The position numbers were made by a program, and so were the translations under genes. DNA of 64,000 nucleotides. Origin: Hemiscyllium ocellatum (lineage: Eukaryota). The notes beneath the pieces are model-generated. The model was not told the DNA's origin and ran no database searches. It saw nothing but the letters and a program-made list of their open reading frames with translations. Shown piece by piece: positions 34,660-47,025 of this stretch. The stretch lies in assembly GCF_020745735.1 (NCBI RefSeq), contig NC_083438.1, positions 33,230,443-33,294,442 on the forward strand, given 5' to 3'. The stretch's first letter is position 1, and each line of letters opens with the position of its first letter.

Positions 34660-36300
34660 GAGGGTGGTGCTGGAAAAGCACAGCAGGTCAGGCAGCATCC
34701 AAAGAGCAGGAGAATCGACGTTTCGGGCAAAAGGCCTTCATCAGGAATGAGGCTGGTGGGCCGGGGGCGCTGGGAGATAAATGGATTGGCCAAACTGGTC
34801 AACAAATTCTCCTTTGAATCCTCCCACTTCCTCCAGACCAAAGGGGTAGCCATGAGCACCCGTACGGGCCCCAGCTATGCCTGTCTCTTTGTTGGCTACG
34901 TAGAACAGTCCATCTTCCGTAGTTACACCGGCACCACTCCCCACCTCTTCCTCCGCTACATTGATGACTGCATTGGCGCCACCTCGTGCTCCCGTGAAGA
35001 GGTTGAACAATTCATCAACTTCACCAACACATTCCACCCTGTCCTTAAATTTACCTGGACCATCTCTGACACCTCCCTCCCCTTCCTGGACCTCTCCATC
35101 TCATTAATGACGACCGACATTTTTTACAAACCCACCGACTCCCACAGCTACCTGGATTACACCTCTTCCCACCCTGCCTCTTGCAAAAATGCCATCCCGT
35201 ATTCCCAATTCCTCCGCTACCGCCGTATCTGCTCCCAGGAGGACCAGTTCCACCACAGAACACACCAGATGGCTTCCCTCTTTAGAGAACGCAATTTCCC
35301 TTCCCACGTGGTTAAAGATGCCCTCCAACGTATCTTGCCCACATCCCGCACCTCCGCCCTCAGACCCCACCCAACCGTAACAAGGACAGAACGTCCCTGG
35401 TGTTCACCTTCCACCCTACCAACCTTCGCATAAACCAAATCATGCGCCGACATTTCCGCCACCTCCAAACGGACCCCACCACCAGGGATATATTTCCCTC
35501 CCCACCCCTTTCCGCAAAGACCGTTCCCTCCATGACTACCTGGTCAGGTCCACGCTCCCCCTACGACCCACCCTCCCATCCTGCACCTTCCCCTGCCACC
35601 GCAGGAACTGTAAAACCTGTGCCCACACCTCATCCCTCACTTCTATCCAAGGCCCTAAAGGAGCCTTCCACATCCATCAAAGTTTTACCTGAACATCCAC
35701 CAATGTCATTTATTGTATCCGTTGCTCCCGATGCGGTCTCCTCTACATTGGGGAGACTGGGCGCCTCCTAGCAGAGCGCTTTAGGGAACATCTCCGAGAC
35801 ACCCGCACCAATCAACCACACTGCCCCATGGCCCAACATTTCAACTCCCCCTCCCACTCTGCCGAGGACATGGAGGTCCTGGGCCTCCTTCACCGCCGCT
35901 CCCTCACCACCAGACGCCTGGAGGAAGAACGCCTCATCTTCCGCCTCGGAACACTTCAACCCCAGGGCATCAATGTGGACTTCAACAGTTTCCTCATTTC
36001 CCCTCCCCTCACCTCACCCTAGTTCCAAACTTCCAGCTCAGCACTGTCCCCATGACTTGTCCCACCTGCCTATCCTCTCTTCCACCTATCCACTCCACCC
36101 TCCCCTCTGACCTATCACCTTTACCCCCACCCCCATTCTCCTAGTGCACTCTCAGCTACCTTCTCCCCAGCCCGAACCCCCTCCCATTTATCTCTCCACC
36201 CCTGAGCCTCCCAGCCTCATTTCTGATGACCTGCCGAAATGTCGATTCTTTTGTGTCTGTCCGACCTGCTGTGCTTTTCCAGTGCCACGCTCTCGACTCT
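34660..36300 (+). mobile_element. Penelope-like element (Neptune-type): RT + Zn-finger linker + GIY-YIG endonuclease, with inverted terminal repeat
   Basis: RT KGVAMST...LRYIDD...LPFLDL (34747-35433); FPCHRRNCKTC linker (~35590); NVIYCIRCSRCGLLYIGET...RFREHL GIY-YIG (~35702); 34660-34790 is an inverted copy of the 3' end 36170-36300. Frameshifted. Confidence 0.9.
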
Positions 36301-36329
36301 GATCTCCAGGTACCTGCCGTCCTCTCTAC

Positions 36330-36640
36330 CTCCTTGGTTTTATAACCCTCAGTGAGGTCACCCCCTCAGCCTCACACGCCCCAGGGCTAAAGAAGGGCGC
36401 CAACATGTCTGCTCTCTTATTGGAGACACTCAGTGCCTGGCATTCGTGTGGCGCCAGTGTTACTTGCCAGGCGTCAAGACAAGCCTGGATATTGTCCAAG
36501 TCTTGGCGCATTTGGACACGGACTGCTTCAGTACCTGAGGAGTCAGGAATGGTGTTGAACGGTGTGCGATCATCAGCAAACATCCCCTTCTCCTGACCTT
36601 CGGGTGGGAGGTAAAGGTCACCGATGAAGCAGTTAAAGAT
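36330..36640 (-). mobile_element. Degenerate CR1 RT fragment
   Basis: FNCFIGDL...GMFADDRT...QDLDNIQA..DAWQVTLAPHECQ. Confidence 0.75.
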
Positions 36641-37049
36641 GTTTTGGCCTGGAAAATCCCCTAATCTCTGAGGATTGCAGAGGTGATGAATCATTGCCAC
36701 TGTTCTGGCTCTGCTTCCCTTTGTTTGGAGGGACACCCTCTGAGTAAGTCAGAAGGAAAAATAACAGCACCTGGGAATGGATTGCAGAGCCGTTGATGAG
36801 AGATTCCTGTTTCCCACCTCCCACCGAGGCTGAGGCAACAGGGCCGGAGTTGTGACACCGGGCAGTTCGGTTTGTTGACTTTGCCGAGTTGCCAGTGGCA
36901 ACAATTACGGCGCCCAATACCGCAGCAAGGTGAGAGACAGAGAGATGAGGCCTAGACTCCAGGCTTCTCTCAATCCTGTCAACCACCCACCGCATCCCAG
37001 CGACTGTCCTGTGATTCGGAACCAAAATCTCCGAGACGGGATTTTAAAA

Positions 37050-37400
37050 ATTCATTTGCGGGATGTAGGCATCACCGGCTAGGCCCAGCAATTATTTTCC
37101 ATCCCTAAATGCCCCAGAAGGCAGTTAAGAGTCAACCCCCCCCCCCCCCCATGGCTGTGGGTTTGGAGTCAGGTGTAGGCCCAGACCAGGTGAGGATGGT
37201 AGTTTCCTCCTCTGAAGGACATTAGTGAACCAGATAGGGGGTGTTTTTTACAACAACAGTTTCATGGTCGTCATTAGACTTTTAATTCCATGTATTTTAT
37301 TGACTTCAAGTTCCGCCATGGCAGGATTCAATCCCATTCCCCCATTATCTGGGATTAATAGTCCTCCATTATCCGGGTGAATAGTCCGGCAATTATAATA
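37050..37400 (-). mobile_element. SINE (second family) copy
   Basis: aaggcagttaagagtcaac...gtttggagtcaggtgtaggcccagaccagg...ggacattagtgaaccagat body and a tRNA-like head remnant. Confidence 0.6.
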
Positions 37401-37524
37401 GTCGGCCATTGCGTTCCTCTAAGAAGTAGGTGCATATTTACAGCGTCCGGAGTCAACGTCACCGCACCATGGCACCATCACCCTCCCCATGTGTTCTCTG
37501 AAGATCCACCCCACCCTTTCGCTG

Positions 37525-37558
<34 letters not shown>

Positions 37559-38417
37559 ACTCCATTACTCGCTGGCTCACGGACTATCTTCCCGAGGGAA
37601 GAATTCTATCCCTTTCCTCACGACCGGCTACCCAACCCTGGCGGGGAATAGCTTCTCAGACTCCACCCCTCCCATTTCCAGACCATTCTCCCGCTCTCCA
37701 ATGAGACAAGGCCCAATCAGCTCCGGCTTCCCTTGACACCTTGCTTCCAGAATGGGCCCCCTGTCAAACCCCAAACCCCCTGTACTACCCCCCCGCCTCA
37801 TGTACCCGGCTGAGTGGCCTCCAATGTGACTCTCTCCAACCTGAAGGAGAGCGAGCGGACATGCACCTGTCAGAGGGAGGGTTAGGGGCTGGAGGGAGGG
37901 TCTTTGGGAGGAATAAGGGGTTAGAGGGAAGGTTAGGAGAGTTAGGAGTCTTGAGAGAGGGTCCACAATGGGAGGGCCTTCGTTGAGTGGGTTAGAGAGA
38001 GGGTCCTCATTGGGAGGGTTATGGGGTTGAGGGAGGGACTTTGTTTGGAGTGTGAGAGGGATAGAGAGAGAGAGAGGCTCTTTGGGAACATCGGAGGACA
38101 GAGTTGGAGTCTTTGATGAAAGAGATGGCTCTTCAATGGGAGATTTCCTCACACTGCCTCAGGGACCGTCCTTCCAAAGCTCTGGACGCAAAGCCCAGGG
38201 TGGGGGAGGCCATCCTGAGCTCACCAGGCGGAGCGACAGAAATGCGAGCTCGGAGCCATCGTGACCTTCCTGCCTCTGCTGTTAGGTGTGGGTCAGCCAT
38301 GGTCCCTTTAAGGGGGGGTTAGGGGTTGGCGATGCGTGGGGTGACGCTGGCTTCTAGTGAAACGTGGGGTGGGTGAGGGGCATGGCTGGAGACAGTGCCC
38401 AGGTGGCATCTTGAGAC

Positions 38418-41400
38418 AGAGAGTGTGAGCGTGAGCGTGAGAGTGTGTGTGGGAGTGAGTGTACTAATATGCGAGAGTGCGAGAGAGAGTGCAAGAGTGC
38501 ACGCGAGTGAGTGCGCGAGGGTGAGAGTGTGCAAGAGTGAGAATGTGCGAGACAGTGTGTGTGAGAATGTGAGAGTGTGCGAGTGAGTGTGCGAGAGTAC
38601 GTCTGCAAGAGTGTGTGTGAGTGTGCATGTGCGAGTGTGAGCGAGAGTGAGTGTGCGAGTGCGAGTGTGAGAGAGTGTGCACATGCGAGAGTGAATGTGT
38701 GTGCGAGTGTGCGAGAGTGTGTGTATCTGAGTGTGTGCGTGCTTGTGTGCGAGCGAGAGTGCGAGTGAGAGAGTGTGAGTGAGAGTGTGAGCGCAAGAGT
38801 GAATGTGTGTGAGTGTGCGAGAGTGAAAGTGTGTGTGTGCGAGAGTGAGGGCGTACGACAGTGAATGTGTGTGTGCGAGAGTGTGTATGTGAGTGTGAGT
38901 GCGAGTGAGTGTGTGTATGTGAGTGTGAGTGCGAGTGAGTGTGTGAGTGTGAGTGCGAGTGCAACTAAGTGTGTGAGTGTGAGTGTGTGTGCAAGCGCGA
39001 GTGTGAGCATGTGTGTAAGTGCCAGAGAGCGTGTGACAGTGAGAGTGTGTGAGCGAGAGTGTGTGTGAGAGTGTGTGTGAGCGACAGAGAGAGCGTGCAA
39101 GCGAGAGTGAGTGTGCGGGTGTGTGCGCGAGGGAGTGTGAGAGTGAGTATGCGAGCAAGTGTGTGAGTGTCTGAGTGTGAGTGTGAGTGTGTGCGAGCGT
39201 GAGTGCGAGTGTGTGTGAGTGCCAGAGAGCGTGCTTGAGTGTGAGTGAGTGGGCGACAGTGAGAGTGTGTGAGCGAGAGAGTTTGTGAAAGTGTGTGTGA
39301 GCGAGAATGAGAGCATGCGAGCAAGAGTGTGAGAGTGTGAGAGTGAGTGCGAGTGAGTGTGAGTGTGTGTGTGAACAAGGGAGTGTGAGAGCGAGTGTGT
39401 GAGTGTGCGTGTGAATGCAAATGTGTGTGTGAGAGAGTGAATGTGTGTGCAAGAGTGTGAGTGCGAGTGCAAGTAAGTGTGCGTGTGTGTGAGTGTGTGT
39501 GTGAGCGTGAGACAGTGAGAGTGTGTGAGTGAGAGTGTGTGTGTGTGTGTGAGCGAGTGTGTGAGAGTGCAAGAGTGTGTGTGAGTGTTTGCGCGTGAGG
39601 GAGTGTGAGAGTGAGTGTGCGAGCGAGTGTGTGAGTATGCAAGTGTGAGTGCAAGTGAGTGAGCGAGTGTGTGTGTGAACGAGTGTGCGAGTGTGAGTGA
39701 ATGTGCGAGTGCGAGTCGATGTGTGCCAGAGTGAATGTGTGAGTGTGTGAGTGAGATTGGGTGTGCGTGCGCGAGTGTGTGTGCGAGTGCGAGACTGAGA
39801 GTGTGTGTGTGTGTGCGAGGGTGCGCGAGTGAGAGTGTGAGTGTCTGCGTGAGTGAGTGTGTGAGTGAGTGTGACTGTGTGTGAGAGTATGTGAGAGCGA
39901 GTAAGTGAGTGTGAGAGTATGTGTGAGAGTGCAAGTGTGCGAGTGTGAGTGTGTGTGGGAGTAGTATGAGAGTGTGAGAGTGTGTGGGTGCGAGTGTGAG
40001 TGTGCGAGAGTGAGTGAGTGTGAGATAAAGTGTGCAAGTGAGTGTGAGAGTGTGAGCGAATGTGCGAGAGAGTGAGAGTGAGTGAGTGTGCGCGAGTGAG
40101 TGTGCAAGTGTGAAAGTGTGTGTGTGAGAGAGTGAGAGTGCGAATGTGAGAGCGTGAGTGTGTGTAAGAGTGCGAGTGTGAAAGTGTGAGTGTGAGTGCC
40201 TGCGATTGTGAGAGAGAGTGAGTCTGAGGGTGTGAAAGTGTGAGCGTGAGAGCGAGAATGAGTGTGTGAGAGGGAGTGAGTGTGTGTGTGAGTGTGCAAT
40301 AGTGTGCAAGTATGCGAGTATGAAAGTGTGTATGCGAGTGTGAGTGTTAGAGTGCGAGTGAGTGTGCAAGAGTGTGTGTGAGTTCATGTGTGAGCGCGGC
40401 TGTGTGAGAGTGAGTGAGGGCGAGAGTGTGTGCGAGTGAGTGTGTGTGTGTGAGTATGTGTGAGCGCGAGTGTGTGTGCGAGTGAGTATGCATGTGTGCG
40501 CACGAGTGAGTGTGCACGAGTGAGTGCGCGTGTGTGAGAGTGCATGAAAGTGAGTGTGAGCAAGTGTGAGATAGTGTGCACGAGTATGTGTGAGAGTGCG
40601 AGAGTGAGTGTGCAAGTGAGTGTGAGTGTGAGAATGAGCGTGAAAGTGAGCGCGAGTATGAGTGTGAGCATGTGATGGTGTGAGCGAGTGAGTGGGCAAG
40701 AGTGATTGGGTGAGCGAGTGTGTGTGTAAGTGTGTGAGAGAGTGTGTGAGAGAGAGTGTGAGTGAGTGTGAGCGCGTGTGGGATTGCGTGTGGGAGTAAG
40801 TGCAAGTGTGTGCGAGTGTGTGTGAGTGAGTGTGAGTGTGCGTGAGAGTGAGCGAGTCTGAGAGTGTGTGTGTGAGTGAGTGTGCAAGCAAGTGTGAGTG
40901 CAAGTGAGTGTGTGAATTAGTGTGAGAGTGTGAGAGTGAGCGTGAGTGTGAGTGTGTATGTGTGACGGTGTGAGAGAGTGAGTGTGCGAGAGCGAGAGTG
41001 TGCGCGTGCGAGCGAGTGTGAGTGCAAGAGTGAGTGTGTGTGAGTGAGAGTGCATGTGTGAGTGAGCGCGAGTGTGTGTGTGTGTGAGTGTGTGTGCGAG
41101 TGTGTGTGTGAGAGTGATTATGAGACTGTGAGTGTGTGAGTGATTATGAGAGTGTGAGTGTGTGAATGAGTATGAGTGTGTGAGTTTGAGCATGTGAGTG
41201 AGTGAATGTGCGAGTGCGAGAGTGTGTGAGTGTGCGCAAGAGTGAGTGCGTGTGAGCGAGAATATGCACGTGCGAGCGAGTGTGAGAGTGCAAGAATGAG
41301 TATGCAAGAGTGAGTGTGTGAGAGTGAGAGTGCATGTGTGAGTGAGCGCGAGTGTGTGTGTGTGAGAGTGTGTGTGCGAGTGTGTGTGTGAGAGTGATTA

Positions 41401-44400
41401 TGAGTGTGAGTGTCTGAGTGATTATGAGAGTGTGAGTGTGCAAGTGAGTGTGAGTGTGTGAATGAGTATGAGAGTGTGAGTTTGAGCATGTGAGTGAGTG
41501 AATGTGCGAGTGCGAGAGTGTGTGAGTGTGCGCAAGAGTGAGTGCGTGCGAGCGAGAATGTGCGCGTGCGAGCGAGTGTGAGAGTGCAAGAATGAGTATG
41601 CAAGTGTGAGAGTGTGTGTGAGTGTGAGAGTGCATGTGCGAGTGAGCGCGAGTGTGAGTGTGCGAGTGTGTGCGAGTGTGAGTGTGTGAGTGATTATGAG
41701 AGTGTGAGTGTGAGTATGAGAATGTGTGAGTGTGTGTGAGTGTGCGAGTGAGTGTGACTGCGTGAGTGTGTGCGAGTGAGTGTGCGAGTGGGCACGTGCG
41801 CAAGTGAGAGCGTGAGTGTGCGCACGAGGGTGCGCGTTTGAGAGTGTGTAAATGTGAGTGTGTAATTACGCAAGAGAGCGAGTGTGCGAGCGAGTGACAG
41901 TATGTGCATGCGAGTGTGCGAGCGAATGTGACTGTGTGTGGGAGTGTGAGAGCGTGCGAGTGTGAGTGAGTGTGTGAGTGAGTGTGCGAGAGTGCGAGTG
42001 TGAGTGTGTGCGAGCGAGTGTGCAAGAGTGTGACAGTGAGAGAATGTGTGAGAGAGTGATTATGTGTGAGAGTGCGCGCGAGTGTGAGAGTCTGAGGGTG
42101 TGAGAGTGTGTGTGACAGTGAATGTGTGAGTGAGTGGAGAGTGTGCGAGTATGCGGGTGTGCGAGTCTGAATGTGTGAGAGAATGTGAGAGAATATGAGT
42201 GTGCGTGTAAGAATGAGTGAGTGTGCCAGTATGTGTGTAAGTGTGAGTTTGCATGTGCGAATGTGAGATTGCGAGTGAGTGTGCGAGTGTAAGTGTGCAA
42301 GTGAGAGAGCGAGTGAGTGTGCAAGTGAGTGACTGTGTGTGTGTGAGAGTGTGCGAGTGCATGAGTGTGTGTGTGTGAGAGTGAGTGCATGTGAGTGTGC
42401 AAGAGTGCATGTGTGCGAGTGAGCGTGAGAGCATGTGAGTGTAAGTGAGTGAGTGTGCAAGTGTGCGTGCGAGTGTGCATGCATGAGAGGTGGGGTGTGA
42501 GAGTGCATGCGAGTGCGTGTGCAAATGTGCGAGTGACCGTGAGAGCATGCGAGAGTTCGAGTGTGTGTGTGCATGCGAGTGTGTGTGTGAGTGAGTGAGA
42601 GTGGGTGTGCAAGTGTGTGCGTGTGTGAGAGTGAGTCTGTGAGTGAGTGTATGTGTGAGTGTGTGCGTGTGAGTGTGCGTGAGAGCGTGTGAGAGTGAGA
42701 GTGTGCAAGTGTGCGTGCATGATAGTTTGTGAGAGTGTGTGCAAGTGTGCGAGAGAGAGTTTGAGTGTGAGTGTGTGACAGTGTGAGTGTGCAAGTGTGC
42801 ATGCGTGTGTGCTTGCGTGAGAGTGAGATTGAGTGCATGCGAGTGTGTGTGCACATGTGCGAGTGAGTGTGAGAGCGTGCGAGAGTTCGAGTGTGAGAGT
42901 GTGAGTATGCGAAAGTGTGTGTGAGTGAGTGTGTGCGAGTGTGCTTGCGTGAGAGTGAGACTGAGTGTGCGATGTGTGTGTGTGTGAGTGTATGTGTTTG
43001 AGAGTGTGTGAGTGCGTGCGAGTGAGTGTTAGAGTGCAAGAGTGAGTGCGAGTGCAGGTGAGTGTGTGAGTGAATGTGTGAGCATGAGAGTGCATGTGCG
43101 GGTGAGCGTGAGTTTGAGAGTGTGCGGGAATGTGTGTGTGTGTGTGAGTGCGAGTGTGCATGTGCGCAAGTATGAGTGTGCGAGTGTGCATGTACGCAAG
43201 TAAAGTGAGTGTTGCGCGAGTGAGTGTGCAAGAGTGCAAGTGTGTGAGTGTGAGTGTGCGAGTGAGTGTGCAAGAGTGCGTGCACATGTTCGAGTGAGCG
43301 TGAGAGCATGCGAGAGTCAGAGTGTGAGAGTGTGCGAATGAGGGTGAGAGCGTGAGTGTATGCGCATGAGAGTGTGTGTGAGCATCTGAGTGTGAGTGTG
43401 AAAGTGAGTGCGAGAGTGTAAGTGTGTGAGTGTGAGTGAGTGTGTGTGTGTGAGATAGTGAGAGTGAGACTGAGTGTGCAAGTGTGCGTGTATGTATGTG
43501 TGTGTGAGTGTATGTGTGTGAGAGTGTGAGTGTGCATGTGTGTGAGAGAGTGAATGTATGTGTGAGAGAGCATGTGAGAGTGTGCGAGTGAGAGTGTACA
43601 AGTGAGTGAGTGAGAGTGTGTGTGTGTGCGTGTGTGAGTGCATGACTGAGTGTGAGAGTGAGTGAGTGTGCGAGTGTGCGAAGGAGTGTGAGTGTGTGTG
43701 TGTGAGTGAGAGTGTGTATGCAATTGAGAGAGTGTGTGTGAATGAGTGTGCGAGTGAGAGAGTGAGAGTGAGTGTGTGTCTGCGAGTGTGCGCGAGTGAG
43801 AGTCAGTGTGTGTGCGCGAGTGAGTGTGTGAGTGAGTGTGACTGTGTGTGAGTATATGTGCGAGTGAATGTGTGAACATGAGTGTGAGAGTGAATGTGTG
43901 TGAGTGAGAGAGAGAGTGAGTGTGTGTTTGAGAGTGTGCGAGAGTGAGTGCGTGCGAGAGTGAGTGTGTGAGTATGTGTGTGCGGTGAGTGAGAGTGTGA
44001 GAGAGTGTGAAAGAGTGTGTGCGAGTGTATGTGCGCGTGAGTGCGAGTGCGTGAGTGTGTGCACGAGTGTGAGAGCGGGTGAGTATGTGCGCGGTGTGAG
44101 AGAGTGTGAGGGTGTGTGAGTGAGAGTGTGCGAGTGTGAGAGCGAGTGTGAGAAAATGAGAGTGAGAGTATGAGTGTGTGAGTGTGTGCAAGTGCGAGTA
44201 TGCGAGTGAGTGTGTCTGTGAGGGAGTGAGTATGAGTGTGCGTGTGAGTGTGCGAATGTGAGAGAGTGAGTGTGCGAATGTGCGTGTGTGCGAGCGAGTG
44301 TGGGAGAGAGTGTGTTTGAAGGTGTGAATTTTAGAGTGTGAGTCTGCGAGTGAGTGTGAGAGAGTGAGAGTGTGTGTGCGAGTGTGTGTGCGAGAGTGAG

Positions 44401-44802
44401 AGTGCGCATGTGCGAGCGAGCATGAGTGAGTGTACAAGTGTATGTGCAAGTGTGCGAGTGAGCGTGAGAGCGTGCGAGAGTTCGAGTGTGTGAGTGTGAG
44501 TGTGCGAGTGCATGAGTGAGTGTTAAGGTGAATGTGAGAGTGAATGTGAGTGTGAGAGTGTGCATGTGAGTGTGCTTGCGTGAGAGTGTGAGAGTGCGTG
44601 CAAGTGTGCGAGTGAACGTGAGAGCGTGCAAGAGTTCAAGTGTGAGACAGTGTGTGAGTGAGTTTGAGTGTGAGTGTGCAAGTGAGTGTGCAAGTGAGTG
44701 TCAGTGTGCGTGTGAGAGCATGAGAGTGTGTGCGAGTGTGAGTGTATGAGAGCATGTGCAAGAGTGAGAGTGAGAGAGTGTGAGAGTGAGAGTGAGAGTG
44801 TA

Positions 44803-44835
<33 letters not shown>
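38418..44835 (+). repeat. 6.4-kb cryptically simple (GT/GA/GC) array
   Basis: gagtgtgtgc(a/g)-type motifs with local ~300-bp duplications; the His/Thr/Leu-rich ORFs are artefacts. Confidence 0.95.
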
Positions 44836-44838
<3 letters not shown>

Positions 44839-45047
44839 GGGTGGGGGAGTTGGGGGTCCTGTGCTCAGACCAGCAGCAGCCTCCCTTCCTGCTGATCACT
44901 GAGAGCNNNNNNNNNNNNNNNNNNNNNNNNNNNNNNNNNNNNNNNNNNNNNNNNNNNNNNNNNNNNNNNNNNNNNNNNNNNNNNNNNNNNNNNNNNNNNN
45001 NNNNNNNNNNNNNNNNNNNNNNNNNNNNNNNNNNNNNNNNNNNNNNN

Positions 45048-45330
45048 GTAAACTCCTGCTGTGTGTCTGTGTGTGTGTCTGTGTGTGTCTGTGTCTGTGT
45101 GTGTCTGTGTGTGTGGTGGGGGGTGCGGTTCTTGTGTAAACTCCTGCTGTGTGTCTGTGTCTGTGTGTGTCTGTGTGTCTGTGTGTGTGTGTGTCTGTGT
45201 GTGTCTGTGAGTGTCTGTGTGTGTGTTGGGGGGTGCGGTTCTTGTGTAAACTCCTGCTGTGTGTGTGTGTCTGTGTGTGTGTGTCTGTGTGTGTGTGTGT
45301 GTGTGTCTGTGTGTGTGGGGGGGTGGGGGG
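45048..45330 (+). repeat. VNTR (gtaaactcctgctg + (GTGTCT/GT)n + gggggtgcggttc), ~3 units next to the gap N 44907-45047
   Basis: Unit starts at 45048, 45136 and 45247. Confidence 0.85.
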
Positions 45331-46309
45331 TGCGGTTCCTGCTGTGGGGCGTTTCTGTTTCCAAACGTCACACCTTCTTGTGTTTTCATTTCGTTTCCCA
45401 GCCCCCGGGGGGATTCCAAACCTGAAAACACAGAGCCGTTCCTCAATGGGAACGCCAGACCGAAAGCGAATCCGAAAACAGTGAAGGGGCACCTGGTCGG
45501 TTTCCCTGAATGGGGAGGGGATAGAGGCACACCGAGCTAATCAGGACAGGAGGTCAACAGGGCGTGAGGATCAGCACAGTCATGGAGGGGCCAAACGGCC
45601 TGTTTCTGGGCTGTCTGTCTTTGGAGTCCTTTATGTTGAAAACAGAGGGAGGGAGGGAGCGAGGGGGAGAGAAATGACACTTGGTATAGAGGAGGCAAGT
45701 CATTCTCTGAAAAGCTCAGAACCAGAGGAAGACATACAGCCCTTCTAGTCTGTCCTATCCCATCATAATGGAGCTGGATTCTTATTCCAACCCTCTCTTC
45801 TGTGATCCTCCCCCTTCCTTTACCCCCCAGAACTGAAGTGTCTTCAATAATCCCCCCCCTCACCTTAACCCTGTTCCACTCAGCCATCACCTCGGTCTCA
45901 GGCTGGCTGCGGTGCTCCAGAGAATCTGGAAGGGAGCAGGGTCTCTCATTTTACACGGGGGCAGCCCTCCAGCCTCGATATCGAACAGGGGGTCTCCCTC
46001 CTTTACCTACACCCTGTTGTCGCATGAATTATCATCTTCTCACCCACTTGCAGTTTCACTTGGCTGCGTTTCTCATTCCCCGCCTCACCGTCACCTAGCC
46101 CTCCTCCTGCCTTACCCTCTCCCTCTCTCTCTCTGGGCCCCGACTCCACCTACCCACTCACTCCTGTTCCCTCTATCCCCAACTTCAGCCTAAACACCTT
46201 TTTTTAAGCAAAAGTTTTATGATTTACCCAAGGAACAACAGAAGCCAACATGGTCATTCTAACAGATGTGAGACTTAACAAATAATCTGGGTTGTTTTCA
46301 ATGTATAAT

Positions 46310-46680
46310 TTTAGTTCTGAAATTCGACCTTTCGGGCATAAGCCCTTCTTCAGGAATGAGACCCTCATTCCTGAAGAGGGACTTATGCCCGAAACGTCGA
46401 ATTTCCTGCTCCTTGGATGCTGCCTGACCTGCTGCGCTTTTCCAGCAACACATTTTCAGCTCTGATCTCCAGCATCGGCAGACCTCACTTTCTCCTCGAT
46501 AATTTCAGTTCCATCACACTGTACACATTGGCTATAAATTCTGTGTCTTACAATCTCACACTCCACAACCACCTGATGAAGGAGCGTCGCTCCGAAAGTT
46601 AGCGCTTCCAAATAAACCAGTTGGACTATAACCTGGTGTTGGGTCATTTTTAACTTTGTACACCCCAGTCCACCACTAAC
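46310..46680. mobile_element. PLE terminal-repeat palindrome (family A) followed by a family B fragment
   Basis: 42-bp inverted arms at 46319-46360 and 46364-46405; B-type hammerhead at 46570-46604. Confidence 0.75.
46367..46402 (+). ncRNA. Minimal hammerhead motif (family A)
   Basis: AUUC CUGAAGA GGG-acuuaug-CCC GAAAC GUC GAAU with a perfect 4-bp stem I. Confidence 0.6.
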
Positions 46681-46754
46681 TACCCCAAATCAAGCCCTTT
46701 TCCCCAGCTACTATCTCCTCTGAAGAAGTCACCTGACCTGAAATGTTCATTCTG

Positions 46755-46791
<37 letters not shown>

Positions 46792-47025
46792 GAATGTTGA
46801 GTTTCTCCAGCAGGTTCTGATTTGATGTACTATTGTCGTGTGTGCAGTGATAAGTATTGTTTTGTAAGCTAACCAGGCAAATTATAGCTTCTGTAAGTAC
46901 TTCAGTGTGATACAACAGAATGCAAAGTAGAGCTACGGGGAAAACACCGAGGATGGCTACAGAGAAAGTGCAGAGAGAGACATCTCCTCTAATTTATGAG
47001 AGAGCCGTTTACCAGTCTGAGGTCA

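Noticed and set aside
21914-37560. Long C/G homopolymers (~21914-21953, ~33188-33218, ~37506-37558)
   Set aside because: Homopolymer lengths are unreliable in assemblies and no functional context is visible.
38319-44631. His/Thr-rich ORFs of up to 1101 aa
   Set aside because: Translation of a (CA/CT)-type low-complexity strand that lacks stop codons in all frames.
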